64,000 nt of DNA from Epithemia pelagica (Eukaryota > Protista > Bacillariophyta), in the NCBI GenBank assembly GCA_946965045.2, contig OX337238.1:2294001-2358000 (forward strand). The letters run 5' to 3'. This document shows, piece after piece, positions 1 to 11,400 of the stretch; the stretch's first letter is position 1, and each line of letters opens with the position of its first letter. Under the pieces are notes generated by a model. That model was not told the origin of the DNA. It saw only the letters and a list, made by a program, of their open reading frames with translations, and did no database searches. The translations under genes and the position numbers were made by a program.

Positions 1-323
1 CTACTACACAACGAGCCAACAGACAAGAACCTGTGTCATGATTCAAGTGTTTTGAGATGGGTGTGCGATGCGCAGCTTCCCCCTGCTTGCTTGCTCGTCC
101 AAACATACCCAACAGCACACTCTTATCTACCAGAACGTAGATCGCCATCTGGGTCAGTTTTATACGGGTTCATGTTGTGTGCAGTCGTACCACATCACAT
201 GGAGAGTGTTCGTAACACAACCACACACAACGAAGAAACCACAAGACAACCAACGAAACAACTCTCGACGATTCGAACCAACTCCTCTCTGCTTTCCATT
301 TGCCATTGGAAAGCCTCATTAGT

Positions 324-1079
324 ATGACAGCAACCGTAGCACATCCGAAAAGCATCCTAGTTACTTCACGATGTTCGTCTCGCTACAGCGATGACCGCTC
401 GTCTCCGATCAAGGCTTCCAGCGGTTCGAATTCGTGCAACATTACAATGACCATGGCCGGTCCATCTCCAGTACTCCTTACGGGGAAACTAAAGAACCTG
501 CGGAACTACTATGCACGAAGGCGTCCAACGCTCAAACCTCCCACTCCGGTGTTGATTGTCTCTTCACCGGAGTCCACTCGAGTTCGGTTCCGTCCTCGTG
601 TCTTTATCCGTGAAATTCCCAATCGCAAGGACTACAGCAAAGCGGACAAGCGAGCCATATGGATGCCTCGTCAAGAACTCAAGAAGTTGATCCTCAAGAA
701 CCACACTGAGTTTTCCTTTGAAGGTCGAGACTGGCGGAATGCACCCGAAGAAGACCAATTTGGAACCGATGAGGACGGACAATTGCTTCATCCGGTACAT
801 TTGGCATTGAAGAAGAAGAAGCGGGCTCCACAACCACAGCAAGTGTCTGCGGCGTCGACTCCTTGTTCCTCATCAACAGCTGTGATTCCCTCACTGGCTC
901 CCAGGAAACGGAAAAGCAACGCTGTTGCCGGCAAAAACCGACGTTGCCTACGAAGACTTCCTCTGAGTTATCAAAACACCAATGCTGCGGTGATTGAGGA
1001 TGATGAAGAAACAAGTGACGAGGAAGAAGAGGAACTAGTTCCGGAACTGAAACGAGCGCGCATTCAACCCGCCTGCTAG
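324..1079 (+). CDS. Hypothetical protein (basic/acidic low-complexity, possibly nuclear)
   Basis: Open frame from ATG 324 to TAG 1079. It has a globular-looking core (RVRFRPRVFIREIPNRKDYSKADKRAIW...EGRDWR), basic clusters (KKKKR, RKRK) and an acidic tail. No family is recognised with certainty. Confidence 0.55.
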   Translation: MTATVAHPKSILVTSRCSSRYSDDRSSPIKASSGSNSCNITMTMAGPSPVLLTGKLKNLRNYYARRRPTLKPPTPVLIVSSPESTRVRFRPRVFIREIPNRKDYSKADKRAIWMPRQELKKLILKNHTEFSFEGRDWRNAPEEDQFGTDEDGQLLHPVHLALKKKKRAPQPQQVSAASTPCSSSTAVIPSLAPRKRKSNAVAGKNRRCLRRLPLSYQNTNAAVIEDDEETSDEEEEELVPELKRARIQPAC

Positions 1080-1576
1080 TAAGGCGGAGGCCATGATGCT
1101 GCCTATGCTGTTTAGCATATGCCCCTATCCAACATGTTGTGCGGTAGCTGTTCTTTTGCGACTTTCATTGTGTTGACAGGATGATGTTGTAACCACTAGT
1201 TTTGTACATTTTTCCAACTTTTTCAATTCCATTCCAACCTAAAACTGGAACAGTGTCATTGCATATCTCTACTGGCGGAGCTCTCAAGATGAAAACCGTG
1301 CGATATTGTTGCTAATAACAGTGCCGTTAAGAAACAGTCCATGGCTTGGTGACTCCGCAGTTGCAGCAACATTTACCGCTGCCATGAACTCTCGGACGAG
1401 GTATTCCTCTTTTGATCCACCAGAAACTCATCCATCGCTAGATGTCGTCAACAAGGAGAGAGAGAGCCTCTGTTGACTGTCCATCCTACAGGAACGCCTT
1501 TGGCAGCACTGTCACAAGTGGAAAATGGGACGGAAGATCGTCGTTTCTCAAAACCCTGTCATGATTCTCTGTCCCC

Positions 1577-3140
1577 TTATACGGGCATTCCATAGGAATC
1601 CCTTGTGGCGACGGATCCCACTACAGATCCTGTTCCACCCGAGTCTCGCATTTGCTCTCTCAACAATCGTTGGGGAGTCGAGTAGCCCATCACGACATCG
1701 TAGTCATGGAAAATGGGGTCCAGAGGAAGGGGCCATTGCCACAAGGGTCCAATCCCAAAGACATGTGACAGGGGAATCGGCTCTTCATCGGAATCATTCA
1801 AGGTACCATTGGCCTTTTTCTTGAGTCGATCGATCGTGCCGACGCCGGTAATGATTCCATAGACGACATTCATGAGCATGGAGCTGGTAAACAAAAAGCA
1901 GGCCACACCCAGTATACTCATGAGTCGAACCAGTTGCAACAAGACTATTTGAAATACACAAGATTCGTCGGCACAAAAAAAGTAGTTCCAGCCCAACAAA
2001 GTAAGCGCGTAAACAGAACAAGTCCAAGTATAGACTAAAAACAGTAAGAAATGCTTGAGGTTTCCTGCCCCCACGCAATTGTTCATCCTGAAGAACGACA
2101 TGGTCCAGTTTTTCTATGAGAGGGAAAATTCACCAGTGACAAACTATCCGGAACAATGCTATGACGTACCAGGGACAGTGATGATCCATTCGACTGATAC
2201 ATCGATTGCAGATTCGACAGTGATGGGAGAAGGGTGGCTTGAAGGTTTGACATTGAGAGCACATGCTGAGTTTTTGTGCCGACGACCGTTGTTCTTGGGT
2301 CGGCACTGCTGCTGTGGGGACAGCACCGGGGTCTGTCAAGGATGTTTTCACATGGGAGGCCAAGGCCAATGCGGCCAAAATACTATACGCCATGGCCGCC
2401 GTCGGTGGGATCCCCCCTGTCACAGCCAAAAAGGTCATGGTCAAGGCACTGTACAGCAACAGGACCCACACCAAAAAGGCCATGATGGTACCGGCTGTAT
2501 CGGCTTGATTAAGCCAAATTCCATCTTCGTCCGATGTCCCAAAGCTACAGGACCATGACAAGTCATTAAAGGAATCTTCGTAGTAGAGGGAAGCATCGTC
2601 GGCATTGTTCAACAATGATCCACCTCCAAAGGCCATTCCGGGTCGAGTGGAACAGCACACAGTGCAACACAGGACAGATTGACAAGTTCGCAAGGCTTTT
2701 TGGGCCGCTGTGAAATCTTTGGGCTTTTCCATATCACCACCGCCATAGGTACTCGCAGGGCCGTAACCACCTGCGGTCAAGGATTCGAGACGAGGTGGGA
2801 GCGACTGTTGTTCCGAATAAACAAAAAGAAAATTGCAGAAAGGAATCACCAGTATGTGGTCCATGAGTGCAAACGAATGAGGGTGCATTGAACAGAGGAA
2901 AAACAAGGGATATGACAATGACAAGTGTCAGTAGCTCGTCATTTGTGCATATCCCGAAATTCTTCTGGGAGACGCCATACTTTCCAGCGAACGAGAGAAA
3001 GTCCATCCATGTGAATGTGTGGATTGAAGTCTTTTCAAATTGCTTCCACGTACCGGATCGTCTCGATAGGGAGAATCTCCTCCGATGCGACTACCTCCCG
3101 CTTGCTGTCGTTGTCGCGTCGAGCCAGAGCCATTGTTCAT
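1577..3140 (-). CDS. DHHC-type palmitoyltransferase, 3 exons (3140-3054, 2804-2170, 2087-1577), about 410 aa
   Basis: Cys-rich domain [31 protein letters not shown]|MNNCVG is split by a GTACGT...CAG intron that restores frame. DPG motif and TM helices are present. Exon 1 has a GTACGT donor and a phase-compatible AACAG acceptor. Confidence 0.92.
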
Positions 3141-3631
3141 TATAGTCGTCGGTCCATTTTTCGAGTGCATCTGTTGCGTGGAGGCCAGCATTGTTTGGGC
3201 TTTGAACGACGGGCCGAGAACCACAGCGCGTTGGAAAACTGATGGGGACTACAGATCTCTTGAGACAAAAAGCTGGTGCAGATTTCGTTTTTCTTCCAAT
3301 GTCCGGACGCTTGGACCAGCCTCGAATCTACCGAAGAAAGGTCCTTGGATGTCGTCCCAAGCGATCTGACTGAAGAATAGAGATCAACAACACCCGCTCC
3401 TCGACAAGAAAAAAAAATAATTTGAATCTATTTTAACGCTGCCGCGCGGACCCACTCTAACGCCTGGGGTACCGTCGACCGACGCGCCCGGCCTGAAAGA
3501 CAGGCGAGGAGACGTAACGACCAGTCGATACCCATCCACATTCACAACTCATTTGCCACACCCCCACGGTGCGCGCTTGTTTGCATAAGTTGCGCGGAGA
3601 TTTTGGGACAGTTTTTGGCCTTGGCCTCTCG

Positions 3632-4798
3632 ACTTTGGTCTTGGTCATGATCGAACACGTGCTCTCTTCAGTCCCGTCACCCCTTTTCGTCCCCGCCTTC
3701 GACATGACGTCACATCCACGATCTACACTGTGGACAAACTCCTTCGCGGTTAGGCGCCGTTTTTGCGAGAGGATCGATCTTCGCCCCGCCCACCGCCCAT
3801 GTGACTTTTGCAACAACCACATAAACCACCTGTCTGTTGTTGATGCGTTGCACGACGCTGTTACCTTTTGCGTTTTCAATTCAAGCCTTGGCGTTGCTGC
3901 TTTCTGAGACAATAGAGATAGAAAGAAGAGAGAGCAGCGCAGATCCGAAGAAACCACACAACCATCTCCCTATCCATCCCAGCTGAAACAACAATGCTTT
4001 CTTCCAGCAAAGGTCCTTCGAATGAGGCCGGTGATGTGGACGACATTAATGCAGTGATGTTATTGGATCGTTTAGTATCGGCGACTCTTTCGTCGGACGT
4101 GATTGACTCGTTGCAAGGACTGGAACGAGGCTGACTCCTTCAAATCCTCAAATGTTTCGTCTTGCCAGGTCTCTATTTCGCGCGTCATACTGATTGGAAG
4201 CCACTGGCTTACTATCTCCACGTCCTCTTCAAGCTCAAGCGCACCTTGGCTGTCCATACCCTCTTTCCATTCTTTCAGATGCGCGCTGGTCGATGGATCC
4301 AAAACGATATCTTGCTCCGTTCTTAAGACTTCCCCCTTACCGAGAAGACAGTCCAGCAGATTGAATGCATAGAAACGAGGGACACGAGAAAACAGTGCGT
4401 GAACAAGATCTTCAGCTACAGGAGGGACTATGCACTCTGCCAGAAGCTCACGACCACCTTGCACCCGCGATATATCTTCGATTATCCTTGGAAAGTCAGA
4501 GTAACTTTTCCAAACTGGGTTTTCCCCCGGGTTTAAGTCTTCATCTAGATTCCAGTTTCCGGTCGAAAACGATTCGATTGCAACAGACAAACAAGCCCTT
4601 TCGGCTGTCCTGGGATCTAGTTTGGATTCGACCATCGAAAAAAATGCAGGAGACCGCCTTGCGACGGATAGTGCCTTCAGACCAAGCATCGAATCACTTG
4701 TGAATCTTCCAAGAAACCGTCGAGCCAACAAAGCTGTCGAGAATTGGCACAGTCGTTGGTGTTGTTGGAAGATTCATCTCCCGACAATTCCAAAGTCT
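3632..4798 (+). pseudogene. Truncated duplicate of the promoter and 5' end of the Uso1-like gene, interrupted by a 571-bp insert
   Basis: 3632-4132 and 4704-4798 match 7821-8405 closely, including the ATG (MLSSSKGPSNEAG...). The insert creates an immediate stop (GAA CGA GGC TGA). Homology ends at AAAGTCT 4798. Confidence 0.9.
4133..4703 (-). other. 571-bp insertion carrying an open, protein-like reading frame on the minus strand (captured gene fragment)
   Basis: Absent from the paralogous copy (GAGGCT-T-ATCTTCC there). About 190 codons are open on the minus strand (…KLDPRTAERACLSVAIESF…VPRFYAFNLLDCLL…). No TIR or clean TSD seen. Confidence 0.6.
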
Positions 4799-5550
4799 CC
4801 GTACAGATAAAAGTTACGGGGACATGTACGTGACCACAGACTTTTTGTCGTCATTCGTCATGGCCTTGCTGGTGTGGTTCTTAGCGGGGATCTTTTGTTC
4901 GACGGTACTGCAGAATGATTGCAGATTGCCTTTAACAATATTTTCGAGCCCGTCGTACAACCAGCTCTCGGTGTGCTCATATTGGGAGCAGCCGCCAGTG
5001 CTGTTCTCAAAGATGAAGAACAGAATATAAGTTCAAAGACGGTGCGGGAGATGGCAGTCTTTTTCCGTGTGGCATGAAAAAGAAAAATTTTGTGTGTATG
5101 TCCATGCATCGCCAACTAGAGTTTTTCGACCGGCATGTGGAAAACAAGCAAAGCGCCAGCCAGCGACAAGTAGCATGATCTGTTAACGAGCTAAAATTAT
5201 TCGGTGGCAATCATCTCCCGAGAGATTTAGTCTTCTGATCTTAAGGTTGTTTGTTACGACAGCGTAGAATCTGACAGCTTCCCAATACCATTCTTGATGT
5301 TGTGGATGACCTCGTGGTACGTTGCAAAGGCTTGGACCATTAGGTTGCCGCACTATTATTAGTCACGCTCCAACAGAGAGAGAAAGGGTGGACGTCATGG
5401 ATCGCACGATGAGGGAACAAAGTGGTGACAAGACTGAATGAAGTGAACAAAAAAATAGACTGCCCGTTCCATGCGTTCCTGTGGTGTCATTGTAGTCATC
5501 TCTCACCCAACAAGACACCTTCTTGCCAGTCGGACGGAAAGCTGCAACCA

Positions 5551-7625
5551 CTACCCACTGAGCTTTTTGGAAAGTGATTCAACTGCACGGGTTACCCAAT
5601 CATCTTGTGGATCCTGCTTTGCAGACTGCACTCGCTGCATGTCAAACACAACCGCTCCAATCTGGCCGTCGCTTTTACGATAGATTCCGATATTTCTCCA
5701 GGCCACATCGTCGTGGCGAACTCCCTTGGCCACGTAGTCATTTCTCAACGTGTCCATGATCGCATCCAACTCGGATTGCGTTCGTTCTGGCGCCTGAAAC
5801 CAGGGCATGAGTAGTGCAGTGTTGCCCATAACTTGCAATGTCCGCACCGTCTTTTTCACCGGTGCAAGATGAGAATATGCTACCCTCCACATCTGCATTT
5901 CATGCTTAGCCTTGCGTTCAGCATCTGTGAAGAAGAACTTCAAAACTCCGACAGCATTCCTTGAGCCACCGGTGACTAGAAATGCTCTACCATCCGCACC
6001 AGTGCCAAGGTCTTCCCAAAGGAAAAAATTCTTCACTGTAGCAGAGATGCAGAGATCAAATCGCAAGCTGTTGAACACTGGAGCTCGTTTCCAAGCAGAA
6101 GTTGTTTCATTCGCTAATCGCAATACAGTCCGTGTGCCTACCTGCTGTGCAAGCACCATCTTTCGTATTAAAGACGCCAACACCAAAGGGAGCTCCTGGT
6201 TGTCCCATTGTATGATCTTAGTGCCACAGAAGACGCGCGGGGAGTCGTCTTTGCCCACCTCTTCATCTTTCGGGGGTGGCTTTGAGTCATCAACTACTGG
6301 TAAGGGCGCACAGCCTTTCGCTCTGCTTGGAGTTTCAGGAAGCGGAGGAGAATCTGTCTTGGTTTTGACCATCGCCAGTGCGTCGTCCAAATTCTGCTTT
6401 CGCTTTACCGGAGTGACGTAGGCACCTGGTTTTGGAAGTTTGTCCGTCCTAGCAAGTTCGCTGCTTGATATGTCGTCTAGCCAACATATTCGCCATTCCT
6501 CTTAGGAGGTGAGAATTGCAAAAGGAGTAGAGACGCGAAATACGCTTGACAGATGCACCAGGTGATCGTAAACCTCGCCGAGAATATTTGGGTGAACCAT
6601 CGCAACATCCCCTGGTTGCTTTCCATTGACTGTTCCAATTGGATGGCCATTCACTAGAATCAACATAAAATCTGGGCAATTTTTCATCACCTCGACTTCC
6701 TCTCGAAGTGTTACTTTTCCTTCTGCGCCGATGGCGTCGACGACGTCCATGATAACTCGGTTGACATATTTGTTCACGCCAGCTTCATTGGAATAGCCGC
6801 CAAGGTGACCACGGTCGGTGAGACGGTTCCATATGTTGTCCTTGGGTGACTCTAGTCCACCGAGGTCGGTCAGGATCGCAAAACTGGAAATTGTCAAAGA
6901 GGCCGCCGCATGCTGCTCCTCCGTTGGTACAGACGGGTTTGACGTGAACTTTGTCGTCTCCGAAAGCGGTCCCAGCTCCGGTAATCCGTGGGTAAGAATC
7001 GATCGTTGTTGCCGTTGTTGCTGTCGATTCCGAAGAAAGTATCGCAGTCGAGTTTTTGCTGCCACCCCTTGACACTTAGAATTCCACACAGCTCGTCAAA
7101 CTCCATTTTCTCGGACACATCGACATCCTGCAGCTCAATGCCGTTGTGGCGTGCGGTGTGTTCCCACACAGCCGTTTCGTCGTGCCGCTGCGGCGGAGCA
7201 GGAATAGCAGCAACAACCTCGATGCGGTAGCAATCGCCTTGTGACAACGTCAAGAGACCACCATCCAGGCCGAGTAAAGATTCAAACGTGTCAAATAGAG
7301 GCGGCTCTCCGTTCCTGTCTTGCGCCGCCAGAAAATAGGGCCTCTGCGAAAATCTGGAGGACGGCACAACGGCAAACTCTCCGTCGCCCAGATTTAGTTT
7401 GACAAAGTTGCCACTCTGCGAGACTTGAGCTATGGGTATGATGTCTCCGGACATTGCACAAGTCCCATTATAAATGCAAACAACGAAAGAAGAACAAGGA
7501 ATTGCCACACCAACAACTTCCGCCGTTACTTGTCCTCCTCCATGAGGCGCGGCGATAGACCCAGGTTTTCCAGCGAACACATCCTGCAATGTTGGAGTCG
7601 GAGCGGTCTGTGTCGCACTCCTCAC
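5551..7625 (-). pseudogene. Disrupted Crinkler-like gene: REase-like domain plus C-terminal protein-kinase-like domain
   Basis: REase-like PDFMLILVNGHPIGTVNGKQPG...LGEVYDHL...FAILTS*EEWRICWL, with TAA at 6502-6504 where Tyr is expected and the frame continuing into ORF 5551-6390. Kinase-like EDLGTGADGRAFL, VLKFF, AKHEMQMW, VRHDDVAWRNIG, VVFDM. A probable frameshift at about 6900-7050 separates the N-terminal ORF 6894-7625. The start is uncertain. Confidence 0.68.
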
Positions 7626-7820
7626 TCCTCAAGCCGTGTGCCCACTACACGCCAACATCCAACATGGGCCGTTGGGCACATTGGGAGGAGGTCAACATTC
7701 AATGTCCATATTCAATGTCCATAGTGAAGGGGCAAATGTGCTTGATAACGAAACAATGCGGTGCTTACGAGTACGAGTACACGTGGATTGTGGATAACCG
7801 TAGTCAATCCATAGGTCTCC

Positions 7821-8405
7821 ACTTTGGTCTTGGTCATGATCGAACACGGGCTCTCTTCACTTTTCGTCCCGCCTTTCACATGACGTCACATCCACGATCC
7901 ACACTGTGGACAAACTCCTTCGCGGTTGGGCGCCGTTTTTGCGAGAGGATCGATCTTCGCCCCGCCCACCGCCCATGTGACTTTTGCAACAACCACATAA
8001 ACCACCTGTCTGTTGTTGATGCGTTGCACGACGCTGTTACCTTTTGCGTTTTCAATTCAAGCCTTGGCGTTGCTGCTTTCTGAGACAATAGAGATAGAAA
8101 GAAGAGAGAGCAGCGCAGATCCGAAGAAACCACATAACCCATCTCCCTATCTATCCCAGCTGAAACAACAATGCTTTCTTCCAGCAAAGGTCCTTCGAAT
8201 GAGGCCGGTGATGTGGACGACATTAATGCAGTGATGTTATTGGATCGTTTAGTATCGGCGACTCTTTCGTCGGACGTGATTGACTCGTTGCAAGGACTGG
8301 AACGAGGCTTATCTTCCAAGAAACCGTCGAGCCAACAAAGCAGTCGAGAATTGGCACAGTCGTTGGTGTTGTTGGAAGATTCATCTCCCGACAATTCCAA
8401 AGTCT
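7821..8405 (+). repeat. Second copy of the approximately 585-bp duplicated segment (the copy that belongs to the intact gene)
   Basis: Direct repeat of 3632-4132 plus 4704-4798, with scattered substitutions and a short deletion near 7860. Confidence 0.9.
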
Positions 8406-11400
8406 TGACCGTGTTTTGGAAATTGCTGCATCGAGAGCATGCCTTGGTCCGAGACGATCCCGACCAAGCGCAAGATGGAGTGTTGTGGACTTGTCGGATT
8501 TTGTTGCAACTCCTCGAAAAGGAAACGGATCGGGCAGCCAAAACCTTGTTGCAAGAACCGGCGCCTGGACGCATTCTAGAAGCCTTGATGGATGTGGCAG
8601 TGGCCGATCAAGGAACCAGCAGTACACCGGATGACAACAACAATAATAACACAACAGGAGCCTCTTCGCTGTCGCCATATGTTCGTGTCTTGGCCCTTCA
8701 GGCCTTGCATAAATTGTGCACCTTGCAACCTTCCTTGGCCCAAACGCAATTGTTGGGAGCTCCCAATGGTTTGCATCGATTAGGAGATTTGTTGCAAGTG
8801 CAAACAGATGAACAAGTCCGGAACCAGGCCTTGTTGCTGGCGGCCACCCTGGCCGAATGGCCCTCGGTGGCACAGGTTTGGATCTTTTCCAATTTGGCAG
8901 AAGGCTTGATGGAATTAGCGACCAATGGAGAGGAAGATGGAGGCTTGACCAATGGACCAGTCTTGACGCAAGATTGCTGTGCCATTCTACACAACCTTGT
9001 CACGCATGCCAATCCTCTCATGACAGCGGAACTCTTGTTGGGAAGCGCTTCGTTTGGACAAAACATGACGGCATTGTTGGATCTCCGACTGGGACAGCAG
9101 TTTGTTCACCCTGAAACGAGCCCCAACAACAACATCACGAATAGTACAGGAACCATGCCAACCAGCAACGCTGCGGAGGCGGAAGATGACCTGGATGATT
9201 TGATCAAAAGTGCCTCCAATGTCGGTAAGCACAAGACAACGGATGAAGCCATCGAAGGCGCGGGGCCTGTTGCAGTCATGCCTCGCTTGTTGGCTTCGGA
9301 GGAAACCATATTGAGGACGATTCTGGATATTTGGTTCACCTTGTTGCAAGACCAAGAACAGATTCAACAAATGGCGTGGCGTCAACATCCTACCGTGATA
9401 CGAATGATTTGGGAAATGGCCCTGTTGAGTCCGCCGCCCACGCCCCAGACTCCCTATCCCTGTGCCATTCCATCGATTGCCCTGCAACAGTACGCCTTGC
9501 ACGTGGTGGCACAAGTCATGGCCACCGTGTCGGTGAACCAAGTGGATCGTGACCGACTCTTGTACTTGACCTGTACCGGTGGACTGGGTACCACACGTCA
9601 AGAAAAGTACGAAATTAGTCAAGCGGCCCTGCATGTATTGAGACATTCCGCCGACATTGTCTTGACGACGGAAATGATTGCCTTTGCCTTGGCGCCTCCA
9701 CCTCCCGAAGACGAGTCTTCGGAGGGTGCTCCGGGCGCTGCCGCCGCCGTACCCGAACAGGCCATGGTCGTTCCCAAACTCTTATCTACGGTGCATCAAA
9801 ATCTTGCCATTCCCAACGACACATCATTGTCGTCCGAGACAGAGGAGGATCTTCATGCCGTAGGATTGGTGGGTTCTACCTGTGCTTTGAGCCTCTTTTT
9901 GCGCGACGATGTGAGCCGAACTATGTTGCTCAAGCTCATTGAAAAGCAACACCAAGAGCAACTTCCCATGGACAGGAATAGTGATTCCTCGTTTTCCTTT
10001 GTGGATCAATTGTTGCAACGAATCAATCACGAAACAGAGGTGTTGTGGAAGGAAAAGGACAAGAGCAACAACAGCCTTGGTGTGGTCGCAGAGAATGTCC
10101 ATGGTGAAGTCGCTGCTTGCTTGCTACGATTCCTGGCGAGCTGGTGCACACAAGCTCCGGAAGTGGTGTACGCGGTATTGTCCTCGCCGCATGCGACCGT
10201 ATTGTGCAATGTCTACAATCATCAGGATGCTTCCTCGTTGACAACGGCAGGATCCTCTGCGAGTGACCCCCTGTCGTCCATCGTCCTGCCGCAGTTGGCC
10301 GGTCTGATATTGGGTACATGTCTGGCGCAGTTGAAGGATGAAGCCCAAGCAGCGGGATGGACCCGAGAAACCCTGACGCAGATATTGACACGACGTCAAA
10401 TGACCATTTTGCAGCAGCCATTGGGAAGTAATAGTAGTACCAATGCCGTCGATGCTGGATTGCCCTGGTCGTATTCATCCTTTGAACGCACCGTTTTTCG
10501 AGAGTGGAATAAGACCACCTTGTTGTCGGCACGACAAGCCATGGTCCATTTCCTGACGGCCTCGGCATCCGCAAATCAGAGCAAACACCAAGAGGGAGAA
10601 GGCAGAGTGGATGACCACAATCACGTTTCCAATGATTCCTTGACACAAATGGTTACCCAACAAACAACGGAATTAGAAAATCTGCGACAAGAACTGGCCA
10701 AATCCCAATCGGCCCTCGCGGAGAAAGGTAAGAGGCGTGTTCTTGTAGGTTGCGAGGTGCCGTATTCCAGCTCATTCCGGTTTCTATGTACGTGTTTCAT
10801 GGTCCACAGAAAAAGAATTGAGTACTATGCGTCTCCGAGTGGAAAGCACTCCCACGGAATTGGATACCATGGTAAAGGAAACCACGCAACAAAACAGCGA
10901 GCTGCAGAATCAAATAAAAGATTTGGAAGAACGAGACCAAGAAACTCAGTTGAAGCTGACGCAGATGCAAGAAAAGGTGGAAACCGCATATAGTGAAAAG
11001 AATGAAGCGCTTCAACAGGTGGAAACTCTTACACAAGATATGAATTCCTTGACCCAAACATACTCTAATTTGGAACAAGAATTTCAGAGGCAAAAGGAGT
11101 CTTTGTCAGAACTTGAGCAAAAGGGCAATGACAATGGGAGTCATGCGTCCGAGAGTGCTGAGGTTGTGTCGACGCAGGTAGCAACCTTGCGTGCGGAAAA
11201 TACGCGTTTGCGAGAGGACGCTAGATCTGCGGACAGCTGGATGAAAATGGCCGTGGAGCGTTTCAAAACCATGGAACAGGAAAAAGTTGAGCTTCAGCAA
11301 CGTGTGGCATCTCTCGAACAGGATATGACGTCATCGGTTGGAGCTCAACAGCAACAATACACCCAGCAACAACAACAAATGCAACAAGAACACACCCGTG

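Noticed and set aside
3705-3712. TGACGTCA as a functional bZIP/aureochrome site
   Set aside because: A single 8-mer whose presence in both copies is explained by recent duplication; not enough for a feature call.
3457-3957. Minus-strand ORFs 3457-3957 and 7876-8574 that look like paralogous genes
   Set aside because: Their similarity is simply the DNA duplication read antisense; no protein motifs.
4130-4136. TGA or TTA target-site duplication for the 571-bp insert
   Set aside because: The flanks do not reconstruct a clean duplication (one base is lost, an extra A remains) and there are no TIRs.
7784-7814. Helitron 3' end for the 3-kb block
   Set aside because: The end reads CATAG rather than CTRR, the stem is short and AT-rich, there is no 5' TC, and Helitrons do not make TSDs.
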